Origin: Myxococcota bacterium
Lineage (GTDB): Bacteria; Myxococcota_A; UBA796; UBA2385
NCBI GenBank assembly: GCA_044344255.1
Contig: JBIJDH010000002.1
Span: forward strand, 256,001 to 320,000
Length of the DNA stretch: 64,000 bases
Reading direction: 5' to 3'
Made by a program: the position numbers and the translations under genes. The notes beneath the pieces were generated by a model, which saw only the letters and a list, made by a program, of their open reading frames with translations, was not told the origin of the DNA and ran no database searches. Below, piece by piece: positions 45,169 through 54,457 of this stretch (the stretch's first letter is position 1; every line of letters begins with the position of its first letter).

Positions 45169-46602
45169 TCATGCGTCGCCCTTGACGTGGGCGATCAGGC
45201 CCCAGGCGTGGTCGAGCAGGACGGTGCCGTGGTCCTCCACCTCGGCCACGACCTCGAAGTCGTAGAGCTGGTTGTGCCAGACATGGGGCTTGAGGTGCCC
45301 CTTGTCGAAGACCGCGACGCTCAGGCGATAGCGCCCGCTGAGCAGCGGGAGGCGGCGCCAGCGGATGAAGAAGGTGTAGATCCCGTGGTAGGTGCCGCCC
45401 AGCACTCGGTCGTAGCGGGAGTTGGGCCCGTGGATGTACACCCCGTCCGAGCGGAAGAGGGCCACGCCGAAGATGGGGTCCGGCACGGGCTCCGTGGTGC
45501 GGAAGGTGACGGCCACCACGAGATCGTCGCCGGTGCGGAAGCGCTGGCGGGGCCGGGCATCGCCGTCCAGCACCTGCACCCGGTGGATGCGGACCTCGCC
45601 GGAGCCCTGGACGACGGGCACGTCGCCGTCGGTGACGTCGTAGGGGGTGGTCTCGACGGACTCCGCCCACATCGCCTCCGCGTCGGGGAGCGCCGTGGCC
45701 TCGAGGATCGCGGCCTTGAGGACGGGGTCGTCCACGGTGGCGGTGAAGGCGACGGGCGCGATCGAACGCGGCGCCGCGGCGGGCATCGGGTGGAGGCGGC
45801 GGAGGCTTGGGCCGGCGGCGCGCTCCCGCTCGATGTCCATGTACCGATCGACCACCTCGCGGGCCGGGCCGAGGGCCCGCACCTTCCCGCCGTCGAGCCA
45901 GAGGGCCTCGTCGCAGAGGTTTCGCACCGAGTGGAGGTCGTGGCTGACGAGGATGATGGTGCGGCCCGCGGTGAGGAACTCCTCGATCTTGCGGATGCAG
46001 CGGCGCTGGAAGTACTGGTCGCCGACCGCGAGCACCTCGTCGACCAGGAAGACGTCGCTGTCGCTGTGGGCGGCGATGGCGAAGCCGAGGCGGAGGTTCA
46101 TGCCTGCGGAGTAGGTGCGCACCGGGTAGTCGATGAAGTCACCGAGCTCGGCGAATTGGATGATGGCGGGGATGCGGTCATCGATCGCGTCCTCGGGCAT
46201 GCCGAGCAGCGAGCAGTTGAGCCGGATGTTCTCCCGCCCCGTGAAGTCCTGGTGGAAGCCGAGGCCGAGGTCGAGGAGGGTCGAGAGGGTGGCGCGGATC
46301 TCCAGCCAGCCCTCGGACGGCCTTGTGATGCCGCCGATCAGCTTGAGGAGCGTCGACTTCCCGGCGCCGTTGGGCCCGATGACGCCGAAGCTCCGCCCTC
46401 GTCGGACATCGAAGTTGACATCTCGCAACGCCCAATGTTCGGAGTGGTGGCTGCGGTTGCCGAGGAATTCGTAGAGCCTGCCTCGGTCGTTCCGGTAGAT
46501 GTCGAAGCGCTTGCCGAGGTCTCGGGCGGCGACCACCACCTCGGTGTCGTGCTCGTCGCCGGGCTCTTCGATGCTGGAGGGGGGCGCGGGGGAGCTGCTC
46601 AT
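45169..46602 (-). CDS. wzt: Polysaccharide ABC exporter ATPase with Wzt_C domain
   Basis: WALRDVNF, GPNGAGKST, YSAGMNLRLGFA, DEVLAVGD; C-terminal LLSGRYRLSVA. Confidence 0.88.
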   Translation of the reverse strand: MSSSPAPPSSIEEPGDEHDTEVVVAARDLGKRFDIYRNDRGRLYEFLGNRSHHSEHWALRDVNFDVRRGRSFGVIGPNGAGKSTLLKLIGGITRPSEGWLEIRATLSTLLDLGLGFHQDFTGRENIRLNCSLLGMPEDAIDDRIPAIIQFAELGDFIDYPVRTYSAGMNLRLGFAIAAHSDSDVFLVDEVLAVGDQYFQRRCIRKIEEFLTAGRTIILVSHDLHSVRNLCDEALWLDGGKVRALGPAREVVDRYMDIERERAAGPSLRRLHPMPAAAPRSIAPVAFTATVDDPVLKAAILEATALPDAEAMWAESVETTPYDVTDGDVPVVQGSGEVRIHRVQVLDGDARPRQRFRTGDDLVVAVTFRTTEPVPDPIFGVALFRSDGVYIHGPNSRYDRVLGGTYHGIYTFFIRWRRLPLLSGRYRLSVAVFDKGHLKPHVWHNQLYDFEVVAEVEDHGTVLLDHAWGLIAHVKGDA

Positions 46603-46651
46603 CGCCCGCGCATCGTACCATCCCAGCGACGGCGGTGCTAAGCTGCGCCGC

Positions 46652-47311
46652 ATGTTGCCCACCCGTCGTGCTCCCGTCGCCGCCGCGGCCCTCCGCTTGG
46701 GGGGCGCGCTCATCGGGGTTGCTCACGTGGGGGTCGCTCTCGTGGGGGTCGGCTGCGTCGATCCGATAGACGAGGTGCCCATTGTCGCCCAGTCCTGGTG
46801 CGCCGAACAGCGGGTCGAGCGGGTCGCCTGCGTCCTCGACGGCGACACCTTTGACTTCGGCACCTGCACGGGCAACGAAGACGACAAGGTGCGGATGCTC
46901 GGGGTGGACGCCCCAGAGATCTCGCACAATTCCACTGAGGTGGCCGACTGTTACGGCGACGAGTCGGCCGAATTCATGACCGAGATTGTAAATGGTCGCG
47001 ATGTCGAGCTGCAGTTCGACGTTGAGTGCACCGATATCTATGGTCGCAACCTCGCTTGGGTCATGCTCAAGGGGGATCAGGGCGACCCCCTGTACGAGAC
47101 GTTGGTGAGCCTCAACGGCCTCGGCATCCAGACAGACGGCACCTTCGAGGTGCTGGCCAACGAGCTGTCGGTCCGCCTCGGCTACTCCACCGTCTTCGAG
47201 GGGGACATCGCCGAGAACGTCCGCTATGCGACCCGAATGGACGAAGCGATGGCCCTGGCTGAGGCGGAGCTCCGTGGGCTGTGGTCCCCCGAGACCTGTG
47301 ACGGCCCTTGA
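46652..47311 (+). CDS. Thermonuclease (SNase)-family lipoprotein
   Basis: VGVGC lipobox, VLDGDT, VRMLGVDAPE, DIYGRNLAW, GLW. Confidence 0.85.
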   Translation: MLPTRRAPVAAAALRLGGALIGVAHVGVALVGVGCVDPIDEVPIVAQSWCAEQRVERVACVLDGDTFDFGTCTGNEDDKVRMLGVDAPEISHNSTEVADCYGDESAEFMTEIVNGRDVELQFDVECTDIYGRNLAWVMLKGDQGDPLYETLVSLNGLGIQTDGTFEVLANELSVRLGYSTVFEGDIAENVRYATRMDEAMALAEAELRGLWSPETCDGP

Positions 47312-48147
47312 TGAGCTCAAACTTCCAGGCCAGCGGCCTCTTGGATGCTCTCGAGGCCGTCTTTCGGTGGCGTCAAGAGCAGGAGTCGGAGCTCCGTAAC
47401 GGCAGCGTCCGCTTGCTGGACGAGGAGCGCCAGCTCCACCGTCAGCTGGAGGAGGTCGCTCGCCAGATCGAGGAGATCCGCGGGCGCAGCCAGGCCCTCG
47501 AGGACCGCCTCACCGCCCTCGACGAAGAGGAGGCCGAGCGGGCCCGCGTCGCGGTGGGGGAGGGCCTTCTCGCCGACCGGCAGCTGATCATCGACCGCGC
47601 CGGCCGCCTGCAGCGGGCTCGCGCCGCGAACGCCACCCGAAACCGAACGTCGCTGGCCGGCAGCGCCCAGGTCGCGCTGATTGACGTCGACCTCTCGCCG
47701 ATCACCGTCGTCGCGGGCATCGAGCGCTCCCTGGAGGGCACGATGGCGCTGGAGATCGTGGTGCCGGTCCCGTTTACGGTCTACTCGCATTGGAAACAGC
47801 ACAGCGATGACCTCTGCGCGCGCTTCGCGTGGCGGATGGTCGGTGCGATGACACACACCCTCGCGGCGACGGGCCTCTCGGACGCTCCGGTGCGCTTCGC
47901 CGATCGATCGGGCTGCCTCTCGGTCCAAGTCTGGGTTGGCGGACGAGTCGAAGAGCAGCCGCTGCGAGATGCTCTCTCGTCGATCTTCGATCATGTCTAT
48001 GACGCCGCGGCCGAGCTCCGCGAGGCTGGGCTTGAGCTCCACGCGGCCTGGCTCGACCCCGACATCCTCGCCCCGCGGGAGGTGAGAGCGCAGGACCTGA
48101 GAGAGAAGGCCTTGAGCACGAGGGAGGCCCGCCGTGGTGGCGACTGA
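47311..48147 (+). CDS. Hypothetical protein with N-terminal coiled coil
   Basis: TGATG coupling; heptad-rich N-terminal half. Confidence 0.6.
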   Translation: MSSNFQASGLLDALEAVFRWRQEQESELRNGSVRLLDEERQLHRQLEEVARQIEEIRGRSQALEDRLTALDEEEAERARVAVGEGLLADRQLIIDRAGRLQRARAANATRNRTSLAGSAQVALIDVDLSPITVVAGIERSLEGTMALEIVVPVPFTVYSHWKQHSDDLCARFAWRMVGAMTHTLAATGLSDAPVRFADRSGCLSVQVWVGGRVEEQPLRDALSSIFDHVYDAAAELREAGLELHAAWLDPDILAPREVRAQDLREKALSTREARRGGD

Positions 48148-48637
48148 AGATACAGAGCGTCGCCTCGTCTGCGACGTCGCGGCCGAATTGGAGCTGCACC
48201 CCTTTGATCTCGTCCGGGCGGCGACCAACATCGGCGTCATGGGCCCCTCGTTCACCTTCGGGGAGGAGGAGCTCCGGAGCCTCATCGCCGAGCTTGGGAT
48301 CGAGCCGTGGTGGGCTGCGGACGAGGCCGCGGCGTGGCCGACCACCGAGCCCGAGCGTGGCGTCGCGCTCGGGCGCGCCCTGGCGTGGAAGCTGGTCGCG
48401 CTGAAGCCCACAGAGTCGCAGCCCACTCGTGCCGACAACCTGTACCGAGGGGTCGGATCAGACGACAGGCGCCGCCTCCGCAAGCTGATCAACGACCTGA
48501 TCCGCCACGGGGTGCTGTCCAGCATGGCCACCCCGCGCGGGATAGAGGTTTTCCTGCGCTCGGAGGGGCTGGATTTGCTGGAGCAGCTGGCCGATGAGGC
48601 GTCCCCTCCGGAACTCTTCGCGGAGCTCGGCCGATGA
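48134..48637 (+). CDS. Hypothetical protein, possible HTH/winged-helix modules
   Basis: VAAELELHPFDLVR; LINDLIRHGVL; overlaps neighbours. Confidence 0.55.
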   Translation: MVATEDTERRLVCDVAAELELHPFDLVRAATNIGVMGPSFTFGEEELRSLIAELGIEPWWAADEAAAWPTTEPERGVALGRALAWKLVALKPTESQPTRADNLYRGVGSDDRRRLRKLINDLIRHGVLSSMATPRGIEVFLRSEGLDLLEQLADEASPPELFAELGR

Positions 48638-50214
48638 ACGATCCACAGCCTCCAAGGGGCTCCCGCCTCTTTCACGCAGATCCGGGCCTCCTCCTGCTCG
48701 ACGAAGACGTCACGATGGGGTCGATGGGCGCCGCGGACGATCCGTTCGCGGCCGAGCCGATCCTGAACGGGAGCTGGTCGGCCGCTGGGGAGCGGCTTCG
48801 CGTGCACCGCGAGCCGCTGCGCGTGGTGGTGGGCGCCAACGCGGAGGGTGGGCGGCCCGCGGCACAGGCGGGAGAGCCGCTGCGCGTGGGCCCAGCCGCG
48901 CACGGCTCCCTCGATCCGATCGCCGTTCGCCTGGAGAGCGCGCCCACGAACCCCTCGTTCGGGGAGGCCGGCACGGCTCGACGCGCCGCTGACTGGGCTC
49001 GCTCGACGTCTCCATCCTCGGCTGCGCCGCACGCCCTGGCGCGGAGCCCTGTCTGGGACGCCTCCGCTCTGGGCGATGAGGAGGAGAGCGAGAACGAGCC
49101 GGTGGAGGGCCCCCATGTCATTGACGACGTCTCGGGCGAGATCGTCTCCCCGCTCCGCTTCGGCATTCGGCCCGACCTCCGCGCCGCGCCGCGGCCGCCC
49201 ACCTCCGTTCGGGTCCCCTGGCGGAGCTCGTCGGGAGATCAGGAGATCGAGGGGGAAGAAGAGGCGTCGGGGGAGGTCCTTCCCGTCCGACGCTCGCCCC
49301 ACGACGCCGGAGCGTCGGGCGAGGCGGGCGCTGAGGACGCTGAGGACGCTGAGGACGCTGAGGGCGCTGAGGGCGCTGGCGCCGAGTCTTTGCAGGTCCC
49401 CGCCTTTGGTTCCCACGAAAATGATTCGCTTGATCCTGGCGCTCCGCCGGCTTGGGGGGCCCAGCTGGAGCCCCTGCCTTGGGAGTCGGGCGAGGCTGGG
49501 GCCGACGCTTGGGGCGAGAAGCTCCCTTTGGAGCAGGACCTCGAGGGTGAGGATCCCACGGGTCAGATCGCCGGTGGCTCGCCAGCCGGGGAGCGAGGGG
49601 CCGCCGCTCAGCCGGCCGCTCGCAGCGCCGGGGGGCTGCCTCCGCTCGCCCAGGTTGGGATGGGGGCGCTCCTTGTCCTCCTCGTCGCGGTCGTGGTGGT
49701 CCAGCTGATCGAGCCCCCCGAAGGGCGCGCCGGTCGCGGGGGCGCGGCCCGGCATCGTACGGCGTTGACCGGGGATGAGGCATCCGGCGCTTATGCCGTG
49801 GATGGCTCGGCCCCGGTCGCGGGTGCCGACGGAGGGGTGGCCAAGGCCGATGTCGATGCTGACGCCAATGGCGAGGTCGATGCCGAAGCCAAGGTCGATG
49901 TGAACGCAGGCGGCGCGCCCGAGCCGCAGGGATCGGTCTCGGAGTGGCTGCCCTCCGACGACGCCAGTCGTCGCCAACGCCTCTCAAACCTCGATCACCA
50001 AGGCCTGCTCGAAATTGTCACCGATCGTCCGGCGCGTGTCTGGGTGGGAGACCGCGAGATCGGCACCACGCCCCTCTCTCCGGTGGCCCTCCCGCAGGGC
50101 ACCTACGACGTGAAGGTGATGCCGGTTGGCGGCGGGCGCGCCGTCTTCGAGGGCCGGGTTCGGGTGGATGCGAGTCGTGTGCGGCAGATCAATTTTGAGA
50201 TCGCTGAACGCTGA
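48634..50214 (+). CDS. Acidic disordered membrane protein with C-terminal PEGA domain
   Basis: TM helix, ARVWVGDREIGTTP...LPQGTYDVK. Confidence 0.7.
   Translation: MNDPQPPRGSRLFHADPGLLLLDEDVTMGSMGAADDPFAAEPILNGSWSAAGERLRVHREPLRVVVGANAEGGRPAAQAGEPLRVGPAAHGSLDPIAVRLESAPTNPSFGEAGTARRAADWARSTSPSSAAPHALARSPVWDASALGDEEESENEPVEGPHVIDDVSGEIVSPLRFGIRPDLRAAPRPPTSVRVPWRSSSGDQEIEGEEEASGEVLPVRRSPHDAGASGEAGAEDAEDAEDAEGAEGAGAESLQVPAFGSHENDSLDPGAPPAWGAQLEPLPWESGEAGADAWGEKLPLEQDLEGEDPTGQIAGGSPAGERGAAAQPAARSAGGLPPLAQVGMGALLVLLVAVVVVQLIEPPEGRAGRGGAARHRTALTGDEASGAYAVDGSAPVAGADGGVAKADVDADANGEVDAEAKVDVNAGGAPEPQGSVSEWLPSDDASRRQRLSNLDHQGLLEIVTDRPARVWVGDREIGTTPLSPVALPQGTYDVKVMPVGGGRAVFEGRVRVDASRVRQINFEIAER
49330..49377 (+). 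repeat. 9-bp coding repeat (AED/AEG)x5
   Basis: GCTGAGGAC x3 + GCTGAGGGC x2. Confidence 0.85.
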
Positions 50215-50297
50215 GGCTTGTTCGGCGCTCGGCCACTGCGTCCCCGTCGCGGTAATATGGCCCTCCGACTCCTCTTCGACTCCTGCCCGGATCGCCG

Positions 50298-51284
50298 ATG
50301 GCCCCGCAGCGAACTGCCTCCCTCCTCGGCCGCGCTACCTCGTTGCGCGACACCGCGTGGAGGTGGCTCCCCGCCGTGGTCGGAGTGCTGGTCTCCCCGT
50401 TCGGACTGGTCTCCAGCGTGTGGGCCGGGTGGTATCCAGCGCCGGCGGAGCTCCGCCCGCCTTCGCCCCGGTTGGTCGCCGAGGACGTAGCGGACGCGCT
50501 CTCCTTTGGCCCCTGCGTGGACGACCCTGTCGCGTTCGGCCGAAGAGATGGCCCCTGTGCGGATCAGCGCACCATCTTTGTCGATTTCGAGGCGCTGTCC
50601 CTCGACGCGCGTCGCGGCGGCGAGTGGATCTCGTACGACTTCGCCTCCGTCATCCGTCCGCTCCGCGCCGCGGAGCTGGCTGATGAGGGTGAGCTGTCCC
50701 TCGCGGTTCGGCTCGTCGTGAGCGAGGTCGGCGCCGACCGCCTGCTGAAGAACCAGTACGGGCTCGCTGAGGCCGTGGGCATCCTCTACACCGTCGAGAA
50801 CCGGATGACGGACCCGGTGCAGAACCCGGAGAACGTCGATCGTGCCCCTGACTTTCCGGGCTGCGGCCCAAGAGGGGGCTTCTGGGCCTGCGCGAACGCT
50901 GAGCAGTACCTTGGCATGGCCACTTGGCGGGCCCTCGATCCGGGCTCCCGATATCGTCCCGAGCTGCTGGAGCGGGCTGTGGACGTGGCCGTGCTCGCCT
51001 GGTACCTGCAGCGGCGGGGCTTCGTCCCCGACATCACCGAGGGCGCCACCAACTATGTCCATCGGTGCGGTGGCGCTGCATACGGTGAGCCCACCTGGCG
51101 CTGCGACGGCCACGTCGGTCGGCCTCGCTGGGACGACATCCGGGGGGCCGATCCGCACACCGGGCCCCTCGTCTTCAAGGCGCCGACGGTCTATCAGGAC
51201 CGGCACGGCTTCTACGGCCTCCGGGAGTCCATGGTGGTGGACTATGAGCCCGTCCCCGTGGCGGTCTCCGACGCCAGCGAGTGA
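50298..51284 (+). CDS. Exported protein, SleB/Hydrolase_2-like cell-wall hydrolase
   Basis: LAVRLVVSEVGA, VENR, EQY, DITEGATNY follow the Hydrolase_2 motif order. Confidence 0.55.
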   Translation: MAPQRTASLLGRATSLRDTAWRWLPAVVGVLVSPFGLVSSVWAGWYPAPAELRPPSPRLVAEDVADALSFGPCVDDPVAFGRRDGPCADQRTIFVDFEALSLDARRGGEWISYDFASVIRPLRAAELADEGELSLAVRLVVSEVGADRLLKNQYGLAEAVGILYTVENRMTDPVQNPENVDRAPDFPGCGPRGGFWACANAEQYLGMATWRALDPGSRYRPELLERAVDVAVLAWYLQRRGFVPDITEGATNYVHRCGGAAYGEPTWRCDGHVGRPRWDDIRGADPHTGPLVFKAPTVYQDRHGFYGLRESMVVDYEPVPVAVSDASE

Positions 51285-51324
51285 GCGCCGCGGGGCCCTG
51301 AAGTAGCCGGCAGTGGCTGGCCGC

Positions 51325-52740
51325 TCAAGGTCCGGACTTCTTGGCCTTGGTCGCCGCGAGGTTGGAGCGCGCCCGCGCGGTGGTCTCGGCCAGGGTGCTC
51401 CCCAATCGCCGGAGGTCGGCCTCGGGCACGTCGCGGGGATCGATCGCGTAGAGGTTTGGCATGCCAGCCTTGCCCTTGACGGGGATCGGCGGCAACCGAC
51501 GGGCGGGGATGGCGTCGCCCAGGGCGTTGAAGGTCGGCTCGCTCACGATGATGCTGGTGCCCACGGAGCGGTTGAGCGACTCCAGGCGGGCGGCGAAGTT
51601 GACGGTGTCACCGATGCAGGTGAACTCCATCCGCTCGAGCGAGCCGATGTTGCCGGCCACCACGGGCCCAGTGGCGATGCCGACGCCGATGTTCAGCGGG
51701 GGGCGGCCGCTCTCCTCGGTGCCCATGCGGGCGTTCAGGGCCTCGACCGCGCGGATCATCTCCAGCGCGACGACGACCGCGCGGAGCTCCTGCTGCTCCA
51801 GGTCGAAGGGGACCCCGAAGACCGCCATGAGCCCGTCGCCCAGGAATTTGTCCAAGGTCCCCCCGTAGCGGAAGACGATGGCCACCATCTCGGTGAAGTA
51901 ATCGTTCAGCAGCTTCACGATCTCTTCGGGCTCGGTGGACTCGGCCAGCGGCGTGAAATTCCGGATGTCGGAGAAGAGGATGGTGGCGTGCCGCCGTGAG
52001 CCGCCGAGGCGGAAGCCGGCCTCGTCGGCGGTGACGAGCTCGGCGAGGTCAGGGGAGAGGTACTTGGCCAGCCGCTCTCGCTGACGCTCGACCTCGGCGC
52101 GCTGCATGGACTCCTGCTCGGCCCGGACGAGGAGCCCCTTGGAAACGAAGGCGATGACGCCGGCGAGGAGCGCGGGCAGGGTCAGGAAGGCGATTCGCAT
52201 CAGCTCGTCGCCAATGTTGATCTCGTTCTTTCCGTAGACAGAGACGGGGCTCACGGGGATGAGATGGCCGACCACCACGTAGGCAAGCACGCCCGATCCG
52301 AGGATCACCGTCACCAACGCGGAGTACATACAGGCGGGTACGCTGTACCGGAGACCCGACATCACGTTGAACAGAACGAGGGCCAAGGGGAAGAACGACT
52401 GATAGTACTCGATGGCGCCGGCGTGATTGGCCTCTGCAGCGAAGATCGCGGCGTGAAAGGTGGCCAAATCGACGAAGATGCTCACGTACTTCAGCCAGCC
52501 CATGTACTCGTCGCGGTGAGCGCGAAAATAGGCAAGCAACGCGACGCTGTACAAGACGAGGACAGAGGACTGCCCAATGAAGACCAAGTTGGCGAAGAGG
52601 GTGTTGATGCCCCACATCGTCGCAACCATTCCACCGGTGAGAATGCCGAGCACGAGGCGAATCCAGGCGACCTGGCGTTCGCCTCGCATCTCCGCGCTCC
52701 GGAGAATTTCCTGAATCTGATCGAGATTGTTCACACGCAT
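51325..52740 (-). CDS. Membrane-anchored (about 6 TM) class III adenylate cyclase
   Basis: ILFSDIRNFT, DKFLGDG, EFTCIGDTVNFAARLES, VKGK; K and T specificity residues indicate ATP substrate. Confidence 0.92.
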   Translation of the reverse strand: MRVNNLDQIQEILRSAEMRGERQVAWIRLVLGILTGGMVATMWGINTLFANLVFIGQSSVLVLYSVALLAYFRAHRDEYMGWLKYVSIFVDLATFHAAIFAAEANHAGAIEYYQSFFPLALVLFNVMSGLRYSVPACMYSALVTVILGSGVLAYVVVGHLIPVSPVSVYGKNEINIGDELMRIAFLTLPALLAGVIAFVSKGLLVRAEQESMQRAEVERQRERLAKYLSPDLAELVTADEAGFRLGGSRRHATILFSDIRNFTPLAESTEPEEIVKLLNDYFTEMVAIVFRYGGTLDKFLGDGLMAVFGVPFDLEQQELRAVVVALEMIRAVEALNARMGTEESGRPPLNIGVGIATGPVVAGNIGSLERMEFTCIGDTVNFAARLESLNRSVGTSIIVSEPTFNALGDAIPARRLPPIPVKGKAGMPNLYAIDPRDVPEADLRRLGSTLAETTARARSNLAATKAKKSGP

Positions 52741-54407
52741 GGGGGGAGTGGCTTCTCCGGTGCTGGCAGCGGTCGGAGGCTCATGGCTCGGACGCAGAGG
52801 GCGGTGGTGACCTCAACGCTCCGATAGTACACGATATTATCCAAGGACTTCCCTGGCATCCGGTAGAAGTCTTCGGCCGCCCAGGAGCCGTCTGGGTGCT
52901 GTGCGCCAGAGAGGTATCTCCGCGCGGCTCCCGCCACCAGGGCTGCCGTGGGGTCCGAAGCCAGCGACTCCAGGGCGAAGGCCGTCTTCATCGGTGATCC
53001 GAAGCTGCCGTCGGCGCGCTGCTCCTTCGCCCACGCCTCCCGGTCGAGCTGACGCCGGGCGGTGACCGCGGCCTCGAGCTCGGGGGTGACCAGCCCGGCG
53101 GGGAGCCGATCGACCACACGATGGAAGATCAGTCGGGCGTACGGCGCCGAGTAGAAGAGGTCTCCGTGCTCCGGCTCGTCATCGAATTGCCGAAGCAGGA
53201 GGGCGAGGTTGGCCTCGATGAGCCGCGCGTGTCCGGGCGGGTCCCAGGCCAGCAGGCCGAGGAGGAGGTGCCCCCGGACCGTCGCGCAGCGATCGAAGGG
53301 CCAGCTTCGAATTGGCTCGTCGAGCGTCGGCCGACCGTCCGGCCAGCGGGTGAACCAGACGGGCGTGGCCCCTGCGGGATCGACGTTCGGCGCCAGCAGC
53401 CGCAGCCAACCCTCGACGCGCGCCGTCGGCCGATCGGGCAGCAGGGCCGCGACGGACAGCATCATCCCGAGAGAGTCGGCGTCGGGTGGAATGCCCTGCC
53501 AGGAGCCGTACCAGCGCAGGTTGTCGGGCTCAGCGGCCTCGAAGGCGCGGAGGAGGCTGGCGGGGCGACGGGCGCCTGCCTCCCAAAGGGCGAGGAGCAC
53601 GAGCGAGGCGGGGAAGATCTGCTCCACAAGCGGCTCGTCGTGGAGGCCGAGACCCCAACGCTGCACCTCCCAGGCGCCGGTGAGCATGGGGTCGCGGTCG
53701 AGGAAGGCGATGGCCTCCTCGATGTCGCGCCGAAGGTCGCCCGATGTGGGCTCTCGACGAGGCGGCCGCCAGAGGCAGGCGAGGGCGTGGAGAGCTGCGA
53801 TGGTTTCGACGCGGTCGAGGGCCGCGCGCACCTCTTCCGCCCAGCGGCGGAGGGGGGGGGCCCAAGCTGCATCAAAGGGGAGGTTGAGCAGCCCCAAGAT
53901 CGAAGGCTCGAGCGCAGCTCGCAGCTCAGCGCGACCGGCGGCGAGGAGGCCTCGGAGAGCGTACACGGCCGTGGCGGAGGTCCGCTCGTCGGAGAGGCGA
54001 CCCCGCAGCGCAGGCCAGATCGAAGTGCCCTTAAGGAGGAGCAGAAGTGAACGAGCGGCAGGGGACAGGAGGTCGGGCGGAGTTGGGCTCCACCACTGAT
54101 CCCACCAGGCACGGCCAATATCGTCGAGGCGCGCGGCCACCTCCAGCCAAGACAGCGCCGCGTCCAGGTCGTCGTCGTCGCGGCCCTCACCGTCCGTCGG
54201 CAGGAGCTGGAGGCCAAAGTTGATCAGGGCCCGCCGTTCACCAGCGGCCCCCATGGCCGACGCGGCTCGGAGCAGGCCCCGGAGAGCAGGCCTCCGTGCG
54301 AGCAGCTCGACCCAGGCATCCGCGGCGCGGAGGGGATCGGCGTCCACGAGACCGGACGTGGGATCCGCGGGAACGTAGGGCGTTCTGAGCGGTGGGCTCC
54401 CCACCAC
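52731..54407 (-). CDS. Class II terpene-cyclase/prenyltransferase-like protein with acidic helical N-terminal domain
   Basis: LRWY...PPDADSLG (DxDD-like), QW motifs QRADGSF and QHPDGSW, C-terminal TTALCVRAM; N-terminal DDDDLD and LDD; start uncertain. Confidence 0.7.
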   Translation of the reverse strand: MVGSPPLRTPYVPADPTSGLVDADPLRAADAWVELLARRPALRGLLRAASAMGAAGERRALINFGLQLLPTDGEGRDDDDLDAALSWLEVAARLDDIGRAWWDQWWSPTPPDLLSPAARSLLLLLKGTSIWPALRGRLSDERTSATAVYALRGLLAAGRAELRAALEPSILGLLNLPFDAAWAPPLRRWAEEVRAALDRVETIAALHALACLWRPPRREPTSGDLRRDIEEAIAFLDRDPMLTGAWEVQRWGLGLHDEPLVEQIFPASLVLLALWEAGARRPASLLRAFEAAEPDNLRWYGSWQGIPPDADSLGMMLSVAALLPDRPTARVEGWLRLLAPNVDPAGATPVWFTRWPDGRPTLDEPIRSWPFDRCATVRGHLLLGLLAWDPPGHARLIEANLALLLRQFDDEPEHGDLFYSAPYARLIFHRVVDRLPAGLVTPELEAAVTARRQLDREAWAKEQRADGSFGSPMKTAFALESLASDPTAALVAGAARRYLSGAQHPDGSWAAEDFYRMPGKSLDNIVYYRSVEVTTALCVRAMSLRPLPAPEKPLPPCV

Positions 54408-54457
54408 GACCAGCTTTGGCCAGTCGGGCGGGGAGCCGTCTCGCTCCGGGGATCGGC

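Noticed and set aside
47317..49977. 886-aa minus-strand ORF
   Set aside because: Arg/Ser-rich shadow opposite three coupled plus-strand genes
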